NCBI RefSeq assembly: GCF_963921235.1
Contig: NC_086097.1
Location: forward strand, 244,468,001-244,532,000
Length of the DNA: 64,000 bases
From: Mobula hypostoma
Taxonomy: Eukaryota
Direction of reading: 5' to 3'
Positions 37,635-50,200 of the stretch are shown here, piece by piece (positions within the stretch are counted from its first letter, which is position 1; each line of letters starts with the position of its first letter). Both the position numbers and the translations under genes were made by a program. Below the pieces are notes generated by a model that worked only from the letters and a program-made list of their open reading frames with translations, was not told the DNA's origin and did no database searches.

Positions 37635-37640
37635 TTTAAT
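37635..37640 (-). promoter_or_regulatory. Candidate polyadenylation signal (ATTAAA) of PDCD6IP
   Basis: tttaat on + strand, about 415 nt downstream of the stop, near the end of an AT-rich non-repeat stretch (putative 3' UTR). Confidence 0.45.
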
Positions 37641-38053
37641 GTATATGATTTACAACAGTCTGATTAGACAAATTTAAACAATAGGATGTAGGAAAATAAC
37701 ATTTAACCAAATGCAACTTAAGCAAAGTTGTAAAAGCAGAAAATACATACACAATCTGCCTTATATTTATGCAGTACTTCAATCCCATACCCCAAAATTA
37801 GAATACAAACTCTAGTCAACAAAAGATTCCTTTGTTAAGCAATTTTATCATGTCTTTGCAAAAAAAAATTTCAAATTTGCTAAATTCCTAGTGTTTGTTG
37901 CTAAAAAAGTTAAATTTAGTGCAATCATAGATTTTAACAGTACCACCTAATCCACTTTTACCTCTGGCTAATAATTAGAAGTATGCAATAGATAAAGAAC
38001 TGAGGTAATTCTGAAATTAGTAACAACATAGATTCTTTTACAGACAATGCTTC

Positions 38054-38216
38054 TTATTGTTGGTAGTATTGCTGCTGAGGGTAAGGGTATCCAGGCTGCT
38101 GAGCTGGCTGTGAGCTTTGGAAAGGTGGCTGTCCAGGAGGCTGGAACATGTAGGGCATGTTGTACTGGCCGTAGCCAAACTGATTGTATGCCATTGGCAT
38201 GGGCATTGGGTAGTAT
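38054..38216 (-). CDS. PDCD6IP: PDCD6IP last coding exon: [22 protein letters not shown]...QQQYYQQ*
   Basis: ttttcag acceptor; TAA at 38056-38054; resembles the ALIX C-terminus ([19 protein letters not shown]). Confidence 0.94.
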
Positions 38217-41200
38217 CTGAAAACAAAACATGCAACATTATAAAATCATAGAACAGTACAGCACAATACAGGCCCTTCGGCCCACGATGTTGTGCCAACC
38301 TTTTAATCTACCAAATCACGCACATTCAACATCTCTGTATGTATGAGGAACACAATTTTGTGTTCGTGCCCAAGCAAGGATCTCGACCCACTGCAATATG
38401 CCCACTGCCACAACAGGCCAACAGCAGAGGCAATCCCACTGTCTCTCCACTTAGCACTGGACCACCCAGACAATAGCAAAATCTATGTCAGGCTGCTGTT
38501 TACTGATTACAGTTCAGCATTCAACACAATCATTCCCTCAGTACTAATCAACAAGCTTCAAAACCTGGGCATCTGTAACTGGAGCCTTGACTTATTCATC
38601 GGGAGACCACAAACAGTGCAGATCTGAAATAATATCTCCTTCTTCCTGACAATCCACACTGGCACACCTCAAGGATGTGTGATAACCCTGCTGCACAACT
38701 CTGTCTACACTAAAGACTGTGTGGCTAGGCACAGCTCAAACAGCATCCATAACTTTGCCAACGACACAACTGTTGTTGGAAGAATCTCAGATGGTAATGT
38801 AGTGGGGCTTGCCTGTCTTGCTGAGTTCCTCCAGTACTTTGTGCATGTTACCCTGGATTTCCAGCATCTGCAGAAGCCCTTGTGTTGAAGAGTTTCCAAA
38901 ATGTCCTTAATGTATCAGCCCCTACCACATTCCCTTGCAGGGTGTTCCAAGCACTCACCACTCTGTGTAAAAAAAACTTCCCTCTGACACCCCCGCTATA
39001 CTTCCTAAAATCACCTTAAAATTATACCCTATTGTATTAGCCATTTCTGCCCTGTGGAAAAAACTCTGTGGCTGTCCACTCTATCTATGCCTCTTATCAT
39101 CGCGTACACCTTTATCAAGTCACCTGTCATCTTCATTGGCTCCAAAGAGAAAAGCCCTCGTTCACTCAACCTAAATAGACTTTCAATTCTAACAATGTAA
39201 AGAATGTTTTTCTATGCAATCAACTTCTTCCAAGATCAAACCATCTTACATTATGCTTAGAAAATCGCAATAGTTTATCCTGAGTCACCATGAAAACAGA
39301 AATTCAAATCAGTCTTTACCCATATCCTGGATATGAGGGGTACGGAGGTCCCTGGGCCTGTGTTGGCATACTAGCGCCTGCGGCTGGAGCTGCTGCTGTC
39401 ACAGCTGGAGCACTTGTGCCCGCAGGTGCTGATCCGAACGGAGCAGACGAGTAACTGGATCCAATATTTGGAGGGGGAGGGCGTGCTGGGGGCTGAGGTT
39501 TGGGTTGCTGTGAATGAAAGAAAACAAGAGCTTGGAATGAAATTGAAAAATACTTTCATTTTATCATTTATGATTTTTTTATGCTGAGTGTATTTCCTGT
39601 AAAACTGGAAAGTACTACAGAAGCATGCACCTCTCCCAATCTAGTGGGCTACTATATTACCAAAAACAATGATTCCAACACCCAAGATAGATTTACAACC
39701 ACCACGTTCCAACAGCAGCAGAGTCCAACTTTACTGCAACAAGGTAGTTCAGGGGCTTTAGTTTAAAAATGAAATCCTTGCTGTTTAGAGAAAAAGGAGG
39801 CTTAATTTAAAAATCACGTTTTCTGCTTGAAGAAAAAATGAGGCATATTTTAAAAATTGCCTACTTGCTATTTGGAGAAAACAGCATTACAGCCCAATAA
39901 CTGATGACCATCCAGTATGTGTTAATGTTCCGTTTAGGAAATAATTTGACAAATTTAATACACATAAAATTTTTTGAAAAATGAAGTGGATATCGGCTAT
40001 AACAATGACCATCATGCAAAAAAGTTGGACATAAGTAAACCTTGAAGTGTAGAAGAATAAACAATTGCTTCCCACATGAGCTACCTCTTCCAATATCAAA
40101 CTAGCTTGCAGCATGCATGCAGGATATTAGCTCTGTGACACATTTACAATTTTAAATTGTAATTATTTTGTATGTGTGGAGGATAGCAAGAATGAAGACA
40201 TACAATCTGAAAACAATCTCATTTGGCTTGAGGTTTTCTGGCTTAAATAAACCAGAAGCAGACATACGGCCCATTGAGTCCGATCCAATCATTCCATCAT
40301 GACTGATCTATTACCCCACTCAATCTCATTCTCCTGCCTTCACCCCGTAACCTTTGACGCCCTTACTAATCAAGAACCTATCAACCTCCACTTTAAATAC
40401 TCCCAATGACTTGGTCTCCACGGCCAACAGTGGCAACAAATTCCACAAATTCACCATCCTCTGGCTAAAGAAATTCCTCTTTGGCTCTGTTTTAAAAGGA
40501 TGTCCATGTATTCAGAGTTTGTGTCCTCTGGTCCTAGACTCCCCTACCACAGGAAACATCCTCTCCACGTCCACTCTATCCAGGCCTTTCAATATTTGAT
40601 ACGTTTCACCCCGACTTTCTTCTATGGACCTGAACCTCAAAGCAAATTCTTCTACCAGTCAGAGTAAATGCTGCTTTTTTCATTGTAATAAGACCACAAG
40701 ACATAGGAGCAGAAGTAGGCCATTCAGTCCATTCTACTGTGACTGGTGATTGAACTGAAGATAACATAGGAGAGAAACACAAACACAATCAAACATATGG
40801 GCTTAAAATGAACAAACAGATACAAAATGTACATTCGTGTTGTTATTCAGTCTTAGTTGCTTTTTAGAGTCGTAGCGATGGTTTTGGGGACAGTGCGGGG
40901 AGTTTGGAAATCAGGTTAGGGTTTAGGCACAGGAATGAGTGGAAGTTAGAGGTCAGGGTAGCAAATGAGGAATCTGGGTGGAGTTTGAGTCCAGGCCACA
41001 GCGCTCTGAGATCAAATGTCAGTGATCCCGGAAATCATGTTGCAGGCACTGAGGAGACCGGCAGTTCCCGGGTCGCAGACCAGTGCTTTGGTGCAGCAAG
41101 TACCGGGTACAGGCAGGAGTCGCGAGGGCCAGTGACCACACCCACCTCCCCTGGTCTGTGCACGTCAGGAAGTTGAGGTTTGTGTGAGTCTGCAAGTCAC

Positions 41201-44200
41201 GGCCTTAAGGTCAGACCTGTGATCAGCGATCTGGGGTGAATTCTGACGTTGGCGACTCAAGTCTGGGAACAAGGGACTAAAGGTCCAGACGCAGCCTGTC
41301 CTGTCTGGGTGTCTGCGGAAGGTGGAAAAGGGGCTTCTTTTGCTGTTGTTGTTGCTGCTGTTTGTGCTGTTCTGTGCATAGCATGTGGGCAGGGCGACAT
41401 GTGCGGGCTGCCCCCAGCATAGGTGTTGATTGTGAACCAGGCACGAAGAGATCTTAAATAGGTTTTTTGCGTCTGTATTTACTAAGGAAACTGGCATGAA
41501 GTCTATGGAATTAAGGGAAACAAGTAGTGAGATCACGGAAACTGTACAGATTGAAAAGGAGGAGGTCCTTGCTGTCTTGAGGAAAATTAAAGTGGATAAA
41601 TCCCCGGGACCTGACAGGGTGTTCCCTCGGACCTTGAAGGAGACTAATGTTGAAATTTCAGGGGCCCTGGCAGAAATATTTAAAATGTCGCTGTCTACAG
41701 GTGAGGTGCCGGAGGATTGGAGAATGGCTCATGTTGTTCCGTTGTTTAAAAAAGGATCGAAAAGTAATCCGGGAAATTATAGGCCAGTAAGTTTAACGTC
41801 GGTAGTAGGTAAGTTATTGGAGGGAGTACTAAGAGACAGAATCTACAAGCATTTGGATAGGCAGGGACTTATTAGGGAGAGTCAACATGGCTTTGTGCGT
41901 GGTAGGTCATGTTTGACCAATCTATTGGAGTTTTTCAAGGAGGTTACCAGGAAAGTGGATGAAGAGAAGGCAGTGGATGTTGTCTACATGGACTTCAGTA
42001 AGGCCTTTGACAAGGTCCCGCATGGGAGGTTAGTTAGGAAAATTCAGTCGCTAAGTATACATGGAGAGGTGGTAAATTGGATTAGACATTGGCTCAATGG
42101 AAGAAGCCAAAGAGTGGTAGTAGAGAATTGCTTCTCCGAGTGGAGGCCTGTGACTAGTGGTGTGCCACAGGGATCAGTGCTGGGTCCATTGTTATTTGTC
42201 ATCTATATCAATGATCTGGATGATAATGTGGTAAATTGGATCAGCAAGTTTGCTGATGATACAAAGATTGGCGGTGTAGTAGACAGTGAGGAAGGTTTTC
42301 AGAGCCTGCAGAGGGACTTGGACCAGCTGGAAAAATGGTCTGAAAAATGGCAGATGGAGTTTAATACAGACAAGTGTGAGGTATTGCATGTTGGAAGGAC
42401 AAACCAAGGTAGAACATACAGGGTTAATGGTAAGGCACTGAGGAGTGCAGTGGAACAGAGGGATCTGGGAATACAGGTACAAAATTCCCTAAGAGTGGCG
42501 TCACAGGTAGATAGGGTCGTAAAGAGAATTTTTGGTACATTGGACTTTATTAATCAAAGTATTGAGTATAAGAGCTGGAATGTTATGATGAGGTTGTACA
42601 AGGCATTGGTGAGGCCGAATCTGGAGTATTGTGTTCAGTTTTGGTCACCAAATTACAGGAAGGATATAAATAAGGTTGAAAGAGTGCAGAGAAGGTTTAC
42701 AAGGATGTTGCCAGGACTTGAGAAACTCAGTTACAGAGAAAGGTTGAATAGGTTAGGACTTTATTCCCTGGAGCGTAGAAGAATGAGGGGAGATTTGATA
42801 GAGGTATATAAAATTATGATGGGTATAGATAGAGTGAATGCAAGCAGGCTTTATCCACTGAGGCTAGGGGAGAAAAAAACCAGAGGACATGGGTTAAGGG
42901 TGAGGGGGGTAAAGTTTAAAGGGAACATTAGGGGGGGCTTCTTCACACAGAGAGTGGTGGGAGTATGGAATGAGCTGCCAGATGAGGTGGTAAATGCTGG
43001 TTCTTTTTTAACATTTAAGAATAAATTGGACAGATACATGGATGGGAGGTGTATGGAGGGATATGGTCCGTGTGCAGATCAGTGGGACTAGGCAGAAAAT
43101 GGTTCGGCATAGCCAAGGAGGGCCAAAAGGCCTGTTTCTGTGCTGTAGTTTCTATGGTTCTATGGTTCACTGTTTGCACAATGTACCAGATAAATAAATG
43201 AGACTGGATTTGAGATGGGTGGGGGGAGGATGTGAGAAGATTGGAATCTGAGCAGAAAGAGTGAATGAAAGTCAGGAGGGAGAACAGGAAAAACTGGAGT
43301 TTGCCATTCTTCCATCAGGTTTTTGCAGAAGGGTGTGAAAACAGATGGGCAAAATTTAAACTGATTTAAATCAGATCCAAATCTGATTTCAGGCAGCCAC
43401 CAAGCACGCCTCATCCTCCGATCAAAATGGACGCTCTGCTCGTGCAAATGAGCTGGATGACCTCACGCCTAAACCTAAATTTTGGTATACAGCACTCTTA
43501 AAGGACCAGGCAGATGTTTACCAATTCCCAATTCATTTATAAACCCAAACCAAAAGTGTTAATTCTAGATATATGAAACTTTTCCACTCCCTTTCAAACC
43601 CAATTGTATACCCCGTGGACTACGTGTAAAATTAAAGTACACATTACTATTACACTTAATAGTTAAATACAATTATTTGTCATATATACTTCAAAACATA
43701 CAGTGAAATATGTTGTCTGCATCAACGACCAACACAATCCAAATCATGTGCTTAGGACAGCCCGTTAAGTGTCGCCATGTTTCCATGTCAACATAGCATG
43801 CCCACAACTTACTAACCCTAACCTGTATGTCTAAAATGTGGGAAGAATCCAGAGGAAACCCATGCGATCACGGGGAGAACATATCAACTCCCTCAGGACA
43901 GAGGCAGGAATTGAACTCCGATCAGTGATTGCTGTAAAGCGTTACGCTAACCAATCGGCTATTGGACAATCTCTTGTATCCTCGCACACATACAACAAAA
44001 CTACGAAATGAAATTGTTAAAAATAACTACGTTTCCAGAGCCACTGGATGAGGCCGGAGTGCAATCAGGAGTCTGAGGTTTGGAATGCTGAAAAATAAAT
44101 CACAGTTTTGAAGTTGGTCGGCGGCAAAAGTTACAAAGTAAAGATATTTTTAAAGTGTAAAGGGTAACCTCATAGAGACTAGTTTTAACCCTTCAGATTT

Positions 44201-47200
44201 ACTGGGTTCCACCAGTTCTCTGACTTCATTTGCTATAGACTGTGCTCATAAATTATCCAACTAACTATGCATAAAAGACACATCTAGTCACAGAAACAGG
44301 CCCTTTGGCCCATCCAGTCCGTGCCAAACCATTTAACTACCTACTCCCATTGACTGGCACTGGGACCATAGCCCTCCATACCCCTACCATCCGCGTACCT
44401 GCCCAAATTTCTATTAAATATTGAAATCAAAGTCACATTCACCACTTGCGCTGGCAGCTTGTTCCACACTCTCACCACCCTCTGAGTGAAGAAGTTTCCT
44501 CTCATGTTCCCCTTAAACATTTCACCTTTCACCCTTAACCCATGACCTCTAGTTGTAGTCCCACCCCAACCTCAGTGGAAAAAGACTGCTTGAATTTACC
44601 CTATCTATACCATGCATAATTTTAATTATTTGGTGGGCAGTGCCCACCTGCGTGCCTGCAGCTTGAGCCAAGGTCATGGGGTCAGGGCACGGCACTTGTC
44701 TTATAGGTGTATGGGGTTGAATGGGATGGCAGAGTGGATTCGATGGGCTGAATGGCCTAATTCTGCTCCCATGTCTTATAATTTTGTATACCTCTATCAA
44801 ATGTCCTCTTAATCTTCTACGTTCAAAGGAATAAAGTCCTAACCTATTCAATCTTCCCTTATAATTCAGGTCTTCCTGACCTGGCAACATCTTTGTAAAT
44901 TTTCTCTGCAGTCTTATTTACAACTTTCCCGTAGGTAAGTGGTCAAAATTGCACACCATACTCTAAATTAGGCCTCACCAATGTCTTATACAATTTCAAT
45001 AGCACAGATAATAATTTATTTCACACTGAATAATGGACATTCACTGAATAAGGTGAGTGGACACTCAAACCACTTTAAATTAACTGATAAGTTATCAAGG
45101 ATTCAAAAGCAATTTCTGGTAAACCCTTAACTTCTGTGGCTTTGCTAATTCATAGTCGATTCCTTCATAGATACAAAAGCTTCCAGAAGTTTAATAGGAC
45201 GATTTAATGGGTGTAGATAAACTGAAAAGGCAGAGCCAGTTCAGGAAAGTTACCAGGTACAAAACATGAAAGCAGGTATAGTTTTTAAAAGTTATTATTT
45301 TTAAAATGAAATAATTAAAATATATTATTTAAAAATATATTTAAAAGTAATTGTATAGAAATTATATTTGCAGATTGTATCTTTTGGATGGATTACTGCT
45401 GTCAAATGATTCTGATCACAGAGATTTTACTTACAAACACAGTTCTAGGTGCAGGAGTTGGAACAGGATTGCTTTCACTGACAGAAACAGCAGTCTGGTA
45501 GGCAGGGACGACTGGAATATTAGGTGCACTGGGTTCTTTAGCCATGCTGTGTTGCATATCCCTAATCAAGACAGATAGGCAAGGTTCAGTTTTTCTTGTG
45601 GTCACCTGAGCTTCCACAATGTTTCATTACATCATCAACACAGTTTAAATAGAGCAAACTGGAGGCAGTCAACTGTTATGCATCCAACAGCTGTAGAGTA
45701 TCATAAAGAAACTTTAATCGGCAGCCTTCTCCCTTTAGGTGATGCGAGCTGTAGTATCACAGAAATGCAAGACATTTGGCCCACAGAACTCATTCATCCA
45801 GTCTCTGAAATCTTGGCTGCACCACCTGAACTCCAGCAACCTGTTGTTCTAACCTTCTTCTTGGGTGGTCATTCAAAATTGAGACATTCAGACTTGTTTC
45901 CACTGCATTTCTGTTGATTCTGAAGTGGCTAATGAGGCCAGTGTGGGAACTGCAGGTTCTTCATCAGATGCTTGGTGAGGAATGCACCTCTCATTCAGAA
46001 CGTGTGTATTCTCAAATTAAATAAAGTGTCTCACTGTACTTCAGTACATGTGACAACGATAAACAAATAGTCATGTTTTTTTTAATGTTCTTTCCTGTAT
46101 ATGTTTGTATATTTTATGTTGCTAATTTATGCTTTTTTATGTGAATGCTATATATCTGATGCGATGTGTCTGTGATACTGCGAACACAGGGCTTTCATTG
46201 CACCTATGCATTGAACTTGACCATGTGTCAATAAGCTCAACTTTGACTAGTGAATGCTTTCTCAAAATATGTATCAATCACGTACTCCTTAGGTTGCTTT
46301 GTTCAAAATATGCTTTGGTTTGGAAGGGCTTTGGCTGTTATGGTGTAGTAGTGTAGTGGTCAGCACAACGCTTTACAAAGGACTGTGAGAACGGCTGAGG
46401 ATCATAAGGGTTGCCCTACCACCCATCAAGGATGTTTATCAGGAACGCTGCATACGCACGGCCCTTAGCATTATTAAGGATCCCACCCATCCATCTGGCA
46501 TTCTCTTTGACTTTCTACCATCAGGCAGGAGACTCTGATGGATGAAGACAATAAAAGTCAGGATGGGAAACAGTTTCTTCCCTCAGGCCATTAGACCTCT
46601 GAACACCCTGCCGCACCATATTCGTAGTGTCACTGGCTAATCTGTTCTGTACCTTACAAAATTTAATTTATGCACTTTAGTTTATTTATGAGTAATTCGT
46701 CTGTAGATTTTATCCTTACTTTCATAAGTTAGTGTGTGTTATGTATATTATGTGTACTACTGTGCTTTAGGCCCTGGTTTGGAGAAACGTCATCTTTTTT
46801 GATAGTATACATGCACATAGTTAAGTGACAATAAACAGACTGACGACTTCATTCCTGTCTAACGGCTTGGTGAGGTTGTTGAGGCCATAGTGAGGATGCA
46901 GGTGGACACGGGTGCTGCAGTAATGCTTGTGTCAGAGAATGTTTACAACAGGGGTTCCCAACCAGGAGTCCATGGACTCCTCAGGAAATGGTAAGGGTCC
47001 ATGGCATAAAAAAACTCCTGGTTTACAAGGAGAAATTGCAGTATCGCACCCCAGGGTGCAGGCCTGGGCAAGGTTGTATGGAAGACCAGCAGTTGCCCGT
47101 GCTGTAAGTCTCCCCTCTCCACGCCACCGATGTTGTCCAAGGGAAGGGCACTAGGGCCAATACAGCTTGGCACCGGTGTCGTTGTAGAGCAATGTGTGGT

Positions 47201-50200
47201 TAAGTGCCTTGCTCAAGGACACAACATGCTGCCTCAGCTGAGGCTCGAACTAGTGACCTTCAGATCACTAGACCGACGCCTTATCCACTTGGCCACGCGC
47301 CAACACTCTACAAACCCCTAAGAGCCAAAGAAACGCGAGCCTATGAGACGCAATGGTCAACTGAAGGGGTAGCCAATCAGGACTGAGCAAGCGAAAGGGG
47401 CCTATATAAATGCGAACTCTCCCAGAAAGAAACACCAACAACTGTGCACTGAAGATGTCACCTCAACTGGAGATGAAATGCCTGCAAGCCAATTGCCAAG
47501 CTCGGCGAACACCGCAATGTCAGAGAAAGAAACTTCTACTATACTTTGTAAAAATTAGTCATCCCACGCTTCTGGGCTGTTCAAGGTTGGAGCAGCTCAA
47601 ATTCAACTGGCATGAAGTGCACTTGATTGACGGGACCATTGGTCTACAAGAGCTATTGAAGAAGCGCGCAGAAGTATTCAACAGAGAATTGGGCAGTATG
47701 AAAGGAATCACTGTTAAGCCGGGGTTCGTAGTGGCGCAGGAGAGGCAGCTGCAGAGACTTGGTGGCATGGATAAAAAAAAGAATGGATTGAATTAAAAGA
47801 TCAATTAAATGATACAATAAAAAATGTGTGGCATGAAGAAACTACATAAATATTCCAAGGAAGTCAGAAACAGAAAGCTAATATGACACCATTCGCAATA
47901 CTACAAGAAACAAATATTGTTCTTTAAATATTACCAGAACAATACTTCTATAAATAAACATTGCACAAAATGATCATGGTCTCTGAAAGAACAAGCTGAA
48001 GAATTACACTTACTTCAAAAGTTCATCCTTTTCAGTTTTCCGAGCAAACACGATGTCAGAACATTTTGTTTGGAATTTCAGGAGGATTTCAGTGAACCCA
48101 GTGTAGAACTGTAAAGGAGAGATATTGACATCTAGCAATACAACAACTGTTTTGATTTCTGTCATAATGATGCATCTGCTATAATTTAACGATTGCGCCA
48201 TTGATAAAAATTACTGACAGAAAGGTAGTGAGGGAAGTGTTAGATTGATCTTGGAGCAGATTAAAAGGTTAGCACAACACCGTGGGCTGAATAGCCTGTA
48301 TACTGAATGCTCTGAAAGACAAAGGCTTCTAGAATATTTACAACAATATGGAAGGAGCTAGAGTGCTTTTTAACAGTTCTTCTGTATTTGAAACCTCAGT
48401 GTATGGTTGCTTAAATAAAGGATGCATTCTTCTTTGCTACTTTCTCCACCTCACATGAGTGAGAATGGCGCTGACTTAATTTCTAAGTTCTGAGAAAACA
48501 TTACTTTTAGATAGTGCCAAATGCATGAAGAGCATTTGATGGTTCTAGGCCTGTACTTGCTGAAGTTTAGAAGAATGAGGGGGAAATCTCATTGAAACCT
48601 ATCAAATATTGAAAGGCCTAGATATAGCAGATGCTGGTGGATGTTTCCTATGATGTGGAAGTCTAAAATCAGAGGCCACAGCCTCAGAATAGAGCAAAGT
48701 CCATTTAGGACAGAGATGAGGAGGAATTTCTTCAGCCAGAGGGTGGGGAATCTGTGGAGTTCATTGCCACAGCTGGTTGTGGAGGCCAAGTTGTTAGGTA
48801 TATTTAAAATGAAGGTTGACAGGTTCTTGATTAGTCAGGGGGGTCAAAGGAATGGGGTTGAGAGAGGCAATAAATCAGCCATGATGGAATAGTGGAGCAG
48901 ACTCGATGGGCCAAATAGCCTAATTCAGATCACAAACAAGCGAACGTTGGCAGATGCTGGAAATCCGAGCAACACACACAAAATGCTGGAGGAACTCAGC
49001 AGGCCAGGCAGCAACTATGGAAAAAAGTACAGTCAACATTTCGGGCCGTAACTGCTTCCTGCACCCGTGCTGAACTTGTTGATTTCATCCACTTTGCCTC
49101 CAGCTTCAACCCTGCCCTCAAATTCACTTGGTCCATTTCCGACATCTCACTTCCCTTTCTCGATCTCACTGTCTCTACCTTCGGAGACAGCTTATCCACC
49201 GCTATCTATTATAAACCAATGGACCTTCACAACTACCTCGACTACACCTCGTCCAACCCTGCCATCCCCTTCTCTTAATTCCTCCGTCTCCACTGTATCT
49301 ACGCTCAGGATGAGGCTTTTCATTCTAGAACGAAGGAGATGTCCTCCTTTATCCAAAGAAATGGGCTTCCCTTCATCTACTACCAATGCTGCCCTCAACT
49401 GCATCTCTTCCATTTCACGCATGTCTGCTCTTACCCCATCCTCCCACCACCCTACCAGGGACAGGGTTCCTCTTGTCCTCACCCCCCACCCCACCAGCCT
49501 CCGTGTCCAGCACATAATTCTCTGAAACTTCTGCCACCTCCAACTTCCACCACCAAACACATCTCCCTCCCCCTCAATTTCTGCTTTCCACAGGGTTCGC
49601 TCCCTACGCAACTACCTTGTCCATTCGTCTCTCCCCACTGATCTCCCTCCTGGAACTTATCCTTGCAAACTGAACAAGTGCTACATCTGCCCCTACACCT
49701 CCTCCCTCACTACTATCCAGGGCCCTAAACAGTCCTTCCAGGTGAGGCGACACTTCACCTGTGAGTCTGTTGGGGGTCATTTACTGTGTTCGGTGCTCCC
49801 AGTGTGGCCTCCTGTATATCAGTGAGACCCGATGTAGATTGGGAGACAGCTTCGCCGAGCATGACCCGCCAGTACAAACGGGATCTCCCTGTGGACACCC
49901 ATTTTAGTTCCACTTCATTCCTATTCCAGTATGTCCATCCATGGCTTCCTCCGCTGTCAGGATAAGGCCACACTTAGGTTGGAGGAACAACACCTTATAT
50001 TCCGTTTGGGTATCCTCCAACCAGATGGCATGAACATCAATGTCTCAAACTTCCAGTAATGCCTCCCCCCCTTCACCGTTTCCCATCCCTTTGTCCATCT
50101 CTCATGTCATCTCCTTGCCCACTCATCGCCTCCCCCTGATGCTCCTTCGCGCCCCCCCTCCAACTTTTCCCTTTCTTCCATGGCCTTCAGACCTTCTGTC

